Source: Patellaria atrata CBS 101060
Taxonomy: Eukaryota
Assembly: GCA_010093705.1 (NCBI GenBank)
Contig: MU006105.1
Span: 349,960 to 413,959 of the forward strand
Length of the DNA stretch: 64,000 nt
Reading direction: 5' to 3'
The notes under the pieces are model-generated. The model was not told the origin of the DNA and did not search any database. It worked only from the letters and a program-made list of their open reading frames with translations. Numbering within the stretch: position 1 is the first letter of the stretch; the number at the start of each line of letters is the position of its first letter. The position numbers were made by a program, and so were the translations under genes. Shown in pieces: positions 11,746-25,000 of this stretch.

Positions 11746-14700
11746 ATGCTTTATGGCCAGAACTTACCGTGGCGAGCTGCCATTCAACGCTCATCGCGGA
11801 ATCCATTGCTATTATCTCGTACTAGGATATCAAGTATACACTCCTTTGCATGCATACGTTCTCCATTGCCATCACCATTAGCTAGAACTCGATCTTTTCC
11901 TTCATTACCCGCTGCATCCCTAAGCAGATTTTCCACATCAACAACCAGATGGAAAGAAAAGCCGCCAGGAAAGGAAACAGAAGAAGTAGAGGAGAAACCA
12001 AAAGAAGAGTCAGAGCAAAAGACGGAGCTCGAAAAACCAGTAGATGAGCCCATAGAGGTGAAGGAAAAAATACCAGAGCCTATACCGAAGCTTCCATCAC
12101 AAGATGGGAAAGCTGCCCCATCAGGAGGTGCTGGCGGAGAGTCAGGGTCATCAAGCGGCGATGGCAGTGGTTCAAAAAAGCGCAAAAGCTCCGGCGTCAA
12201 GGATGTTGTGAAGCAAGTCGTTCCAGACGTGTATCCCCAAGTCCTCGCTATACCCATTGGCCGTCGACCACTATTTCCCGGCTTCTACAAAAACATTACA
12301 ATACGAGATAAAGGGGTAGCGCGAGCGGTAGCGGAGACACTGGCGAGAGGACAGCCGTATGTGGGCGTCTTCATGCTGAAGGATCCGGACGTGGATAAGG
12401 ATGTCATTGACGACCCCAGTGAGGTGCATGATGTGGGCACTTTTTGTCAGATCACGCAGATTTTACCGGCGTACTCTGGACGACAGGTTGGGGAGTTAAA
12501 TATGGGCATTGTTCTGTATCCGCACAGGAGAGTAAAGCTTACATCTATTATTCCCCCGAATAAGGGATCGGGTGAAGATACAAGTAGAGTATTGGAGGTG
12601 AAACCCACACTTGAGAGTACCGAGCAAGCGGCGAAGGAAGAGGACGTACAAGAGAAGAAGGGTGATGTAGTGGCTAGCTTCGAAGAGTCTGAGCAGCAGA
12701 AAAAGGAGGTCAAGCAATACGAACCCACAGCGTTCTTGCGAGAGATGCCTGTCAGTTTGGCAAATATCACTAACCTGGTTGACGAACCGGTCGATGCAAA
12801 TGATCCACCGGTGAAGGCTATCACAGCGGAGATTGTAGAGAAAATTAGACAACTCGCTGCTGAAAACTCCCTGTTTCAAAACCAAGTCGCCCAATTCGCT
12901 TCACATCTAGGAGGTTTAATCGTTCAGGACCCAGCCAAATTATCAGATTTTGCCGCTGCAGTAGGGAGCGGAGACCCTCAAGAGCTTCAAGAAATTCTCG
13001 CTGAAATGAACATTCCAAATCGGCTGCAAAAATCTCTCTATGCCCTAAGCAAAGAGCTCGAAACTACCAAACTCCAATCCAAAATTTCAAAAGACGTGGA
13101 AAGCAAGATCCAGCAACGCCAGCGCGAATACTTCCTCACGGAGCAAATGAAAGGCATCAAGCGCGAACTCGGTCTCGAGTCTGACGGCAAGGATAAGCTC
13201 CTCGAGAAGTTCAAAGAGAAAGCTGCCAAGCTAGCTATGCCGGAAGCCGTGAAGAAGGTTTTCGACGAGGAGATTAACAAACTTATGCACCTAGAACCAC
13301 AAGCCTCAGAGTTCAACGTCACGAGGAATTATCTCGATTGGCTCACTCAAATCCCATGGGGTCAAAGAAGTGCGGAAAACTTTGGCATCAAGAATGCAAT
13401 GAAGGTGCTGGATGAGGACCACCATGGCTTGAAAGATGTGAAAGATCGTATTTTAGAATTTATTGCAGTAGGCAAACTCCGCGGCACCGTCGAAGGTAAG
13501 ATCCTCTGCATGGTCGGCCCACCTGGTGTCGGTAAAACATCTATCGGAAAGTCCATCGCCCGTGCACTTAATCGGCAATACTATCGCTTCTCTGTTGGTG
13601 GCCTCACAGACGTCGCGGAGATCAAGGGACATCGGCGGACTTACGTTGGAGCATTACCCGGCCGGATCATCCAAGCACTCAAGAAATGCCAGACGGAAAA
13701 TCCTCTCGTGCTGATAGATGAAGTCGACAAGATCGGGCGAGGTCACCAGGGTGATCCATCTTCCGCGCTACTGGAACTCCTGGACCCCGAACAAAACTCT
13801 AGTTTTCTAGATCATTACATGGACGTCCCCGTCGACCTCTCAAAAGTCCTCTTCGTCTGCACGGCCAATATGACAGACACGATACCCCGTCCCCTCCTTG
13901 ATCGCATGGAAATGATCGAACTCTCCGGCTATGTCGCCGATGAAAAGATGGCGATAGCAGAACGCTATTTAGCTCCCCAGGCGAAAGAGCTGTCAGGATT
14001 AAAAGACGCAGACGTCATTATGGAGAAGGATGCAATTCAAGAGGTTATCAATAAATATGCCCGCGAGTCCGGTGTGCGAAACCTAAAGAAGCAAATCGAA
14101 AAAGTCTACCGTAAAGCTGCGCTGAAAATTGTAAAAGAACTGGGAGAAGAAGTGCTCCCCGAATCTGAAGCGCTCACCGAAGACGGCAAAGCGGCCCAAG
14201 TAGCCGCCAAGGAAGCAGCAAAGGAGACAAAGGACGTGCAAGAGACACCACCCGACGTTGAGAATCAAACCGCGGAGACTCCGAGAGTCGCGTTGAAAGT
14301 CCCGGATGACGTACATGTCCGCATCACCAAGGACAACCTCAAAGACTATGTCGGACCACCTGTGTTTACATCCGACAGGCTATACGACACCACTCCCCCA
14401 GGTGTCGCCATGGGCTTGGCATGGACCTCCATGGGCGGCTCTGCATTGTACATCGAAACCATCCTCGAATCCGCGCTCTCGGCCTCTACCCGCGGTTCCC
14501 TCACTACAACGGGCAACCTGAAGTCCGTGATGAAAGAGTCCACATCCATCGCCTACAGTTTCGCCAAAGGCTTCATGGCATCCCAGTTCCCCGGTAACCG
14601 CTTCTTCGAGCACGCACGACTGCATCTGCACTGTCCGGAGGGCGCGGTGCAGAAGGATGGACCGAGCGCGGGTATCACGATGGCGACGAGTCTGTTGAGT

Positions 14701-15239
14701 CTGGGCATGGGGAGGAACGTCGAGAGTACCATTGCCATGACGGGCGAGTTGACGGTTACGGGGAAGGTGTTGAGGATTGGAGGGTTGAGGGAGAAGACTG
14801 TCGCTGCGAGACGTGCGGGGGCGGAGATGGTTATTTTTCCGAAGGATAATTTGAGTGATTGGCTTGAATTGCCTGAGGTGAGTTTAGGGGATTAGTTCCT
14901 ATCATTCCTTCTCTATCAGCCCTTTTCTAGCCCCCTTCTCCAATCCCCAATCACTAGCGCTTTCTCCCGCTCCATCACTCCTAATCTACTACCCCTCCCT
15001 CAACGTACCAAAACCTCAAGCTAACGCTCCCGCAGAACATTAAAGCAAACATCCAAGGCCATCCCGTGTCTTGGTACTCGGAAGTCTTCGACCTCGTCTT
15101 CCCGTCCCTTGACAGGGATAAAGTCAACGGCATGTGGAAGAAAGATATTGCCAGGGGGAAGGAAGAGGAGAGGAAGAGACGGAAGTATAGGAAGAAGGAG
15201 GAGGAGGAGGATGATGAGGAGAGCGGGGATGAGGATTGA
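11746..15239 (+). CDS. PIM1: Mitochondrial Lon protease; exons 11746-14877 and 15036-15239
   Basis: Arg/Ser-rich presequence, RRPLFPGFYK, Walker A GPPGVGKTS, LIDEVDK, catalytic KDGPSAG and IGGLREK. Confidence 0.97.
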
Positions 15240-16527
15240 GAGAGTGTTGTAGGGGGGGGAAGGGGGGGGGGTGATGTACTCTCATCGCAGTATGCAAGTC
15301 AGGCGAGCGAGGGAAGGGAGTTGAAGGGGATATAAAGCCTGGGGGAAAGGGGGTTAACCAACCCGCCTAAGTCGTAGTCGATGGTTGCAAGTTGGATCAT
15401 ATGACCCTCGAGTGTCCATGCGGGAGATATCATAAGCATCATAGGCGTTTTTCCCTCGCGTACTCGGGATTGTAGATTTGTAATATACGTAAACCATGAA
15501 GCGACGATGCGGGAGCTCTCTATATTAGGATAATCCTCTCCGCTCAGATCGAACTGTATGGTGTAGTATATGGTAGAGATATATCCTGCTGAATAGCAGG
15601 TACTTTATTGTGGCTTTGCTTGTCATACTGGGTGATGGGGAAGGTGGATGGAGTGGGACGATGGGTAGCTGTTTTGTTTGCTTTGCTGTTAGGGTATGAT
15701 ATACCGTAGCACACGCGCGATTGATACTTAGCCACTTTATAAAGCTAAGCATCCATTCTCTGGACTACTCTTCCTATTTTCGAGGATCCTCCCGGGTGCT
15801 GGTAGGAAGGGAGATAGTCGAGAGTCGGGATGGGCCTGCTCGGGATGGAGGGTCAAGTGGGTTGCACGGACTACAGTAAGTAGGATATTGTTTCACCCAT
15901 ATTCTCGTCTTCGAGGAACATCGTGGATATCCCACGTTTTTCGATATAACTGTCCCTGAAAGGGAAGAAGATAGGTTGTTTAGAACACAAAACGCACGGA
16001 CCAGTCGTTCCGTCTTCGCTTTACCGCGTCCTTGAAGCAAACAACGTTTCGTCCTCAACCATAACCGCCGGGGACATCTTCATCACTCGGCTTCGTTGGG
16101 CTCGATAAGTATCTTACCACTGCTCGTAGTGCTTAATGAGACTTGAGATGTCGAGTATAAACATGATGGCGTATGTTTGGTTGGGTCTCCCTGCTCTTAA
16201 ATGAGGCTTAGGAGAACTCCGACGTTCTTCTTGATTCCTAACCCTGGAGAGAGTCCTATTTCAGATCATGTCGAGGGTCTGTGATCAGGTACATCCCAGA
16301 TCTGGCTGGGTTTCGTCGAAAGTAGAGGGCTGGGGAGGAATGGTGCCTGAAATAGCAGGCCTCAAAGTATGCATCGATGCGGCACAGTTGAAAGTAGACC
16401 AGAGCTTGCAGGGGTGGTGGTAGGTCTTGTACATTTTAATATTGAGATAGTCTTCATTTTTTGTACCTTCGTACTATGCTCCTTCATCACTCAATTTTTT
16501 CGATTTCCTTAATTTTAGATTTCAAAT

Positions 16528-18894
16528 ATGTCTACTCAGATAAATGTTATCCCTTTTCATTCGTCCTCCGAACTAGAGCCACGACCGTCAAGCCAGAATT
16601 GGATTCGTTGCATTGCATCAAATACGGAAGGATACCGTTGTTCAAATATAATTGCACAAGATAACTTGCAAGCCGTTTTTAAAATACTGGAACCGTGTGG
16701 CACACTCGACGACTTACGTGTTATGATCGGCCTCTTCCTATGCGATTCTCACTACAAAGACTTCCTACCGAATGGAAATGGCCATATTTTCATTCGAGAA
16801 AAGGAAACAACAAACCTTGCAGAGCTCGCAGCCATCCTTGACGACCTTACACACATTTTTTCCGATCTTTTGAGGGATAAGCGTAGAAGCAAATACTTCA
16901 AGAGCTCAGAAAAGGGACGTCAGCCCCTGAAAGCGCAATGGAATGATCATGTAGTCGACGCAAAAGATTGGGGGTATATTATATATTCTAGGAGCAGAGA
17001 TACTCAGTCTTTAATCGCACAACATTCTCCTCATTCCGGTTCCGGTCCACGGGATATTCAGTCCTCGAACGATCAGCAATGCCCTTCGACACCGGACGCC
17101 GAAAGACAAAGGAACAAATCCCTTGGTACACAACAGTATCCTTCGACCCCTGAGCGTGGTAGAAATAACTCTCAATCCTTTTGTGCACAACAATTTCCCC
17201 CTACTCCGGATCCCAGCCCATGCGGTATTAGACCGTCTAATATATTGCAAAGTCCTCAGACCCAAGATTCTAGCCTACGACGCATTCCACCATGTGAGCC
17301 ACAACAATGTCCTCTACCTCCAGGTTCTAAATCTCTCACATCTCAATCTATCATTAACAATGAAAGAATCAGACGAGTGAGGGTTAAACCAACATTCAGA
17401 TTTAGCTTTCGCTACCCGCCTACGTCGAGCCTGTCCCCTGATATCGTTGAGACACTCTGTTCAGCCTCTGAGAATCAACACAGCGAACTATTTAATTTCT
17501 CAGCAAGTTCTTATAACCCTCCATCAGATGCTCAACAGACACCAACTAAGCGACCAAGCAAGAAATCACCTAGACGATTGAACAGGCGACCAATAAGCCG
17601 ACCAATCTTGAGTGTTACCCAGTCAACTCGTGCGGAAGATTTCGTAGGACAAAACGATGTTCAACACTTTCAATCCTGGTGTGAATGGAAGAATAATATT
17701 GATAGAGCCTCTGCTGCTACTCGGCAGACACCAACTAAGCAACCAATCAGTGCATTAACGAAGCGACCAACAGAGCGGCCGATAATCGATAATATCAAGT
17801 CAGCCGCCGCGGAAGAAGTTATTAGACAGAACGACGAACAAGACTTTCAACCCTCCACCTCTGGGCTTGAACCGCAGAATGAATTTGATGGGGTCTTTGC
17901 TGGACCTCTCGACACGACCATAGTCTACGACCTGACCCGTGATGATTCCGACGGCGCCAGTGAAGAGGTTGCTTTCAGCAACTCGGAAAAAAACTTTCTA
18001 AATCTCACTATTACCGGTGTCCCTCGTAATGAGGAAAGACGCGAAGTGGAGACTAGTGCTTCTAGCTCTGGTGTTACCCTTGTCGGTCTTGACATGAAAA
18101 CTGATAGTCTCTATCCTTCGATCCCAAACAACTTAAATTACATCTTCCCCGAAAATCTCCTAACCCCATCCGACATTGACTCCAAAATTCGATTCTTACT
18201 CAACGAAAAGATCAGAGGAGACGCCAACCAACCTCACCAGGTAGGACGAATCTACATCCTCTCCTCCCCGCAACGACCCGGCCTCCTCAAAATCGGCCAC
18301 TCATCCAACATCCACACTCGCAAAAAACAACTGTCAGACATCTGCAAGATCAACGTCGAGGAAATTCCCTATGGTCCCCAAGACGGCGCGACCCCTTACT
18401 TCAGAAGAGTAGAGAGACTAGTCCACACGGATCTCCACAACTCGCAGCGGCGATTCCACTGTCCGAGTCCCCGCTGCAAGCGCAACGGGAACACCGATAC
18501 TGGCATATTGCATCAAGAGTGGTTCGCTGTCGACAAAAACACGGCTGTCCGAACCGTACGCCGCTGGCTCGCCTTCACGCAACGGGACCCCTACGACGAC
18601 CACGGCGAGCTCAAGCGCTTCTGGGTGAACAAGATCTCGCGCATGCCCGGGCCCGGGATTGAGGAAAAAGCGGGAGATCATGCTCTGAGAGCCGCGAGGT
18701 GGGACGGCGAAATTAACCCAAGCTTGGGAGATTGGGTGGTGGTGTTTTGCACCGAGGCGTGGATGATGCGGAGACAGCTTGTTAGTGCTGTCGAGGCGGC
18801 GGTGGTGCTGGCGCTGTTACCGAGACTGTGGTCGCTGCTGTGGTTTGCGGTGAGAGTTAATGGTGCGGTGGTCGCGTGGAGGGACCGGGTTTGA
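16528..18894 (+). CDS. T5orf172 / Mug113-like (GIY-YIG-related) domain protein with long repetitive linker and hydrophobic C-tail
   Basis: 788-aa intronless ORF; GRIYILSS...GLLKIGHS.NI..R..QL, RRVERLVHTDL, C-x4-C...HQEWF; N-terminal RCIA...YRCSN...LC..H motif. Confidence 0.85.
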   Translation: MSTQINVIPFHSSSELEPRPSSQNWIRCIASNTEGYRCSNIIAQDNLQAVFKILEPCGTLDDLRVMIGLFLCDSHYKDFLPNGNGHIFIREKETTNLAELAAILDDLTHIFSDLLRDKRRSKYFKSSEKGRQPLKAQWNDHVVDAKDWGYIIYSRSRDTQSLIAQHSPHSGSGPRDIQSSNDQQCPSTPDAERQRNKSLGTQQYPSTPERGRNNSQSFCAQQFPPTPDPSPCGIRPSNILQSPQTQDSSLRRIPPCEPQQCPLPPGSKSLTSQSIINNERIRRVRVKPTFRFSFRYPPTSSLSPDIVETLCSASENQHSELFNFSASSYNPPSDAQQTPTKRPSKKSPRRLNRRPISRPILSVTQSTRAEDFVGQNDVQHFQSWCEWKNNIDRASAATRQTPTKQPISALTKRPTERPIIDNIKSAAAEEVIRQNDEQDFQPSTSGLEPQNEFDGVFAGPLDTTIVYDLTRDDSDGASEEVAFSNSEKNFLNLTITGVPRNEERREVETSASSSGVTLVGLDMKTDSLYPSIPNNLNYIFPENLLTPSDIDSKIRFLLNEKIRGDANQPHQVGRIYILSSPQRPGLLKIGHSSNIHTRKKQLSDICKINVEEIPYGPQDGATPYFRRVERLVHTDLHNSQRRFHCPSPRCKRNGNTDTGILHQEWFAVDKNTAVRTVRRWLAFTQRDPYDDHGELKRFWVNKISRMPGPGIEEKAGDHALRAARWDGEINPSLGDWVVVFCTEAWMMRRQLVSAVEAAVVLALLPRLWSLLWFAVRVNGAVVAWRDRV

Positions 18895-19046
18895 GGTCTG
18901 GGGTGAGGCCTCTGTGTCTGGCTTCGATGAGCGTGTGGGAAGGGTGTGAGGGTGAGTTTTTGAGATTCGTGCTTCGTGCAGTTTCGCTGTCGTGGGTGTG
19001 GGTAGACTTAGGTGTTCGGGTAGAACTAAGAGTTAAGTCTTAAGTA

Positions 19047-19140
19047 CCGGGGGTAATAGGGACAGAGTATAACTAAAAGTAATAGTAAACATATCTCTTT
19101 ATGTAGTTCTCTATATGAAGCATCACTATTACCTCATATC
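19047..19140 (+). repeat. TIR-like repeat end (TA|CCGGGGGTAATAGGGACA...), inverted homolog of 32020-32112
   Basis: 19051-19100 matches the reverse complement of 32061-32110 at 42/50 nt by manual alignment; further matching blocks (TCTCTATAT, TATTACCT) extend to ~19139. Confidence 0.7.
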
Positions 19141-19523
19141 CTTGATCGTTTCCGTTCAAATAGAAAAATATATATCTGGACCGATTCACGTGTTCGCGCG
19201 TCTAGCTATCGTAGAACTAGCCACTTGGGGCTGAGGCATCAGGACAAGGCTCCGTACCTTCACCCGACCTCAATTCTTCACAGCTCACTGACCTCTTTCT
19301 TTTTAATTCTTGCTTCTCGCTGTTTTTCTTTTCAAGTTTCACTTCCAACTATTTTCTACTCGAATCTTCTTCTCTCACACCGCGACATTCCCTCATGTAA
19401 CTTTCGGCGACACCATTCATACTAAACAGTGAACTCGACTTAGGTGACAGTGATGGATTCTTATCATAAACCTAGCCGTCTAGGCTCCGAACAGTATAAC
19501 ATTAACTATCTAACATATCAGAA

Positions 19524-20984
19524 ATGGAGAAGGTGGGTGTCCTTGTTTTGCAGATATCAATGCTTTCGATTTCTTTTTCCCTTACCATTCAACTCACTGT
19601 ATACCATCCGGGGTTACCGTCAATATAAATAAGCAAGGGATGATCTACCAGACAGCTAACAATCATTAAGGCTCGAGCATACGAGAGACTCGGCGATAAA
19701 AGAGTATGTATCAGTACCTAGCCTAGTAAGTGTCAATTCTAACTCTGAACCTAGTATCGAGACCCGTGAGAATTTAATTCAAAGTCTGATACATGAGTAA
19801 GTCACCACACTGATCTCTCTCTTCTGTCATATATGTCACTCTTCGGGTAGAAGATACTTGTTTTATGTACGTAACCTCAGACCGTTCAGAATGGGACTCA
19901 CGCAACCCTACTGGCTAGTAAGTAAAAGTTGAAGTGCCCTTCTTGTAACCGTACAATAAACTGTACTGTCATAACTAAAAAGCATCCATAGCTGATCCAC
20001 TTATCTAACACCTATAGAATTCGAGACCTCCAGGTCAAGAAAGAGGACGCAGAATGTGAACTCCTCAACGATACTCAAGAAGTGGTGCCCGGCCTCTATA
20101 AGCAAGCGAACAGTATTCTCGTCCTACCACGGGAAATTAGGAATAAGATATACGAAGAACTATATCCCGTCGGCGACCCGATCCCTCTCATCAATAAACA
20201 AGTGAGTATCTCGCGTGTTGGACACGAAGATTCGCATTACCGCTATATCCTTAACGATGAAGAGTTCCCGATAGACCCCTGGCGTTGCCTCTGTGCAGAA
20301 TATGTCGGTGAGCAAATTGCCAGTGAAACTGCCGAGTGGTTCTATTCCAGCAATACCTTTCGCATAGGGATACAGCACCGTGAGGCTTTCAAGGAGCTTA
20401 TGGAACATGACGCGTATGGTTCCAACATCCGTCCCGGTGACTTTATACGCAGGATTCAACTAGATATTGCGCAATACTGGCAGTACGATTTCTCCTGGCA
20501 GTCCGCACCGCCGAGTTTAGACTTCGAAATGTTTGGATCAGAGGAACCCTGGACATTGGCACGCAACCAGCTACGCAAGGATATAAAGGAAGTCCTATCA
20601 GCCTTTACAAAACGAACCTTGCATGTCGAGCTGTACGTTCATAGGATGGGCGAGTGCACCCAGGTGGAGTTGAGAGATTTCTCGCCGATAGTGTTCGGGT
20701 TACTGGACGAAGGATCCACCGTCAAAGTCTTCCTGGTACGTCATAGGCAGTTCAAGTGTCGGATCTGGCCGGGTATGAGACCCTCATGTCCATGTACCAG
20801 TACGACGATGGATATCACAGAATTGTATAGGACGGTTTCGGAGGAGGATGAGAATATGTATTATGGTTCGGAATACCCCGTCCATTTGAACCAGGTTGAG
20901 AACAAGGCGTGGGCGAGAGCGTTTTTGAGAGAGCATTATTTGATGTATTCTGCTGAACCCAAAAATGGAAATCAACCCATTTAG
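19524..20984 (+). CDS. Hypothetical F-box-like protein; main exon 20018-20984, probably several small upstream exons (5' end uncertain)
   Basis: LVLPREIRNKIYEEL F-box-like motif and E...FYSSNTF motif; acceptor ctaac...ctatag at 20017; candidate upstream donors GTGGGT, GTATGT and GTAAGT. Confidence 0.6.
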
Positions 20985-22062
20985 CTGTCTTGCGATCTAG
21001 CCTAATCCTATCACGGCGTTCTACTTTACCGTACCTTTCTAGTTTTCCGGCCCATCTATATAGATAGAAATACAATCTGTACATAACTTACTTCTGAATT
21101 AGCCGTGTGGAGATCGGTAACCACAGCGAATGAGGAAGGAAAATATATCGGAGAACAGACGATGCTCTAGAGCCGGAGTATGGTGTAGCAGCCCGAACTA
21201 TTCGGACGGTTGATACGCCGCGGAGGAGTAAGCTCTAACCCGATCCACGAAATCGGGATTGGATCATGGTATGGCTAAAAACAAGCTTTTAGGGATTGAT
21301 GTCTGGATTGCAAAATTCAGTTATCGCGATAATACTCTTTGGCTTCTCCTGAGATCTGGCTACTATCTCAACATAGACTGTATGCTTTGTTTAATCTAAT
21401 CAATGCAGGAGTTTGTTCAGCTTACATCAAATAATGCAGAGAGTAGTCGGAACTGGAGCTACAGTACATACGGAGTAGTCGTGATAGTACTGAACTTCAA
21501 AACCATGGACCCAAGCCGAACACGACGGTGAAGATCAAGAAAAAGATATAAAACAAGGCTTTCTGGAATTATGCTTATTCGCTTGTTTCCTGCTGTTTCA
21601 TTCGAGATGGGCTTTTTACCAAGCCGCTATGGGGTAAGTCTAGAATCCAATGGCTGCAGAAACCTTTCAGCTTCTCTATCAAGATGCAGCTAACATCTTG
21701 GCTTTAAGCTGAGGATGCAATTCCGTTCATCTAGATTCAAGATGGAGGGGGTAGTGTTTGGGATCAAAAAGCTGAAAAAGAAAGGATGGGGACGGTGATT
21801 CCTCCTCAGATTCCTAGAAGCTCTCTCCTACCAGCAGTGAGGAGTTCTGTTCCGTTCGTGGAGGACTACGATTGTGTTCTATCTGAGTTTTAGATATTGG
21901 ATAGGATTTACGCAGAGTTTCACGGTCGAATTAATACCTTTTCGAAGGGTCTGAGTTCTCCTGTTGTACCATCATTGGATAACGGATTTATATATCAACT
22001 ACCAGAGATTCATTCAACTTCCTATCTCGCGACGAGAATACCGGAGCAATAGAATATACACC

Positions 22063-25000
22063 ATGGCTCCCTCAAAATTCAGGTCCATGTTCTCTAGATC
22101 CAAGAAGGATTCACAAGACAAAGTTCAGACTCCAGCGCAAAGCAATAGTCCGTACCTACCACCAAATTCTCAACCACCCCCCTACGCTACAAATCCCCCT
22201 ACGCCGCAGCAAGGGTACGCTCGACCTCCTCTCGTTCAAAATGATTCTGGCGTGGTATTCACGGGACATCATCCCCAGATGGGGCAGAATGGGATGGTGA
22301 TGGTGAATGGAAAACCGGGCGGTGACTGGGAATTGAGAAATGGAGCCCCTCAGACAAACGTTATACCCACCACCTATCATCCTACCAATTATGTGCCCCA
22401 GCCGGCTCATCCCCAGCATTTTGATAGGAGAAGCCCACAACCTCCGATATATCGCAGACCAATAGCGCCAGGTTACGACGATGGTTATCCCGTTATTCCT
22501 CATCCACCCCCACCACCCGGATCTTTCAATCCATATGCTGGCTCTAACGCGCCACCTCAAAGGATTGTTTACATAGAGGAACCAGAGCCGTTACCTCCTG
22601 GGCGAGGCGGCTACCCAAGGCAACCTGCCCGATTTGTAGAATCAGAGGAAGAGCTGGTATACGTTCCGGCGCCTCCAATGCAAGGCCAAATGCGCTCAAT
22701 ACCACCTGTTACAATGCCCAACGGTGACCAGCTCGTCTTTGCAGGAATGACGACTATGCCCAATGGCGAACGAAAACCTCAGTTTATGGTGATACCAGCT
22801 GAAGAAGTAGAGCGAGGTCGGAGAGTCGAACCCGTAAGAATCTTCGTCAGGGATGAGTCTCCAGATTCCGAACCCGAGTTGTTCACCATTCCTGTAAGAG
22901 GTGGACCTCCCGGATCACGGAGACAGTATCCGCCCGGTCGTGTTATAGAAGGTAACGGATATGACAGTGACGATGAACCTCGCGTGATATATAACCCTGC
23001 ATCAGACTCTAGGTTTTCTTCACGCGCTCCGTCCCCTGAACCAACTCCTGACGAGGAGGGAGAAGTCAATTTGAATCGTAGATACGATCACTTACCCGAA
23101 TCTATGGTTCCATTTTGGTACAACAAGAGACCCAAGAGAGTTGGGAAGGACTCCCCACATTATCTATGTGCAACATGCCGCCGGATCGACTTCAGAGCAC
23201 TATTCCGTCAGGATGAAACGGATACAATTCCCAAGCCTCGAGATTGTATTAATCTCGGTACCCTCATCAGTATGGCTCAGAAGCAGGAGTGTGGTTTCTG
23301 TCAGCTCGTACCTCGAATTGTTGCCACCGATGCAGGCAGAGATTTACCAACGACCCTAACTGAAGATGAGAGAAAAGATATCCTCAGAGTGAAGCTGACC
23401 GAGATGATGCAGAATATTTACTATCTCTGCCCAGTCCGCTTTTCCACAACCTACAATATCCCGGCCTTGTACCTGTATAATAGTAAGGAGTTAACTGAAG
23501 CATCGAAACAGTCGTCAGTCTTTAAACAGCATAGATGTATGGCAGTTCGTCCATTCTCTGGTAACGAGCCGAATACTGGACGGAGAATCAAAAATCCTGA
23601 AGTGATTGATTTCGAATGGATCCGCGAACGCATACAAATGTGCGAAGCTCGAGATATACAAGGGCCGAACAGATTTGACATCACCATACGAGCAATTGAC
23701 ATCGATAAGATGTGTATCGTGGATCTAGAGCACGGAGCACGGTATGTGACTCTAAGTTATACCTGGGGTCAAGCAAACCAACTCAAATTGGAGCGGGCCA
23801 ACGAGGAAACGTTTCGGCAACCAGGAGCGCTGCGGACGCTACTTGGTTCTATTCCCAAAACTATACGGGACTCGATCACGCTGGTTGAAAAGATAGGAGA
23901 GCGCTACTTATGGGTTGACGCCCTTTGCATCATACAAGATTGTCCAGAGGATAAAGACACGCAGATCGGGGCTATGGGTGATATCTACCGCCACTGTCTC
24001 TTCACCCTCTGCGCTTGTTGTGGTGAAGACGCATCTTACGGTCTACCAGGCATTGAGCCAGGTACACGCACTACACGACAGGTGATTTCGCTCGTGGGTG
24101 ACATCGTTCTCGGAAATATGATGCCCGACTCTGAGCCTATCGAAAACTCTAAATGGTACACTCGCGCCTGGACACTTCAAGAAAACGCGCTATCCCAGCG
24201 AAAACTGCAGATCTCAGACACAGGTGTGCGTTGGTGGTGCTGGCATACCATAACACCCGAAGACCAGCATTGTCGCCACCCTTACTGGAAGGAAGGCACA
24301 CCGCACAGCGGCATGTACTTCTTCAAGACTGAGGATGACCGCGTGGTTTCTAAGATTGAGAAGAACTCCAACTTTGACATCTACGCCTTCATCATCTCAG
24401 ACTACACCTCGCGCAACCTAACATGGGAATCCGATGCCGAGAAAGCCATCCTAGGTGTCTTCAACGAGATTGATGGCCTCTTCCGTGGTCGGTTCGTCTG
24501 GGGTATTCCTGATACTGAACTGGTTGCCGGTCTATTATGGCACCCCGTCGGTCAGAGTAAACGTCGTGTAGAACCAAAGACCGGCAATCCCCTCTTCCCA
24601 AGCTGGAGCTGGCTCGGCTGGAGCGGTGTTGCCGTCTACCCCTGGCTCATCGAACGCACGACTCCAATGTCCGAATTCGGTTCTCCTCTACGCTTCCGCA
24701 ATATAGTCGTCAAGGATGATTCTGGTGCTCCTGACGATGAGATGTGGATAACTGGCGATGACTACCGCGGCATGATGACCTGCAGAGTTACAGAAATGCA
24801 CCGCTGGCGTCCCGACAAGGACGGCTGGTCCTACATTGACGAGGAATCAGAAGCCCATCGCTGGCTCCATCCCGTACTGGAACAGTTCTTCGCCTCACGC
24901 AGGGGCATGACAATCGCAACGAACTTTACCCACCGCCTCCATCTTCGAACCCTCCTGACACGCTTCACGGTGGATCAAAAAGTGCACCAAAGAAAGGAAA

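Noticed and set aside
15252..15271. Poly-G runs after the PIM1 stop as a functional G-quadruplex
   Set aside because: Explained by the general G-rich skew at these sites; no specific evidence.
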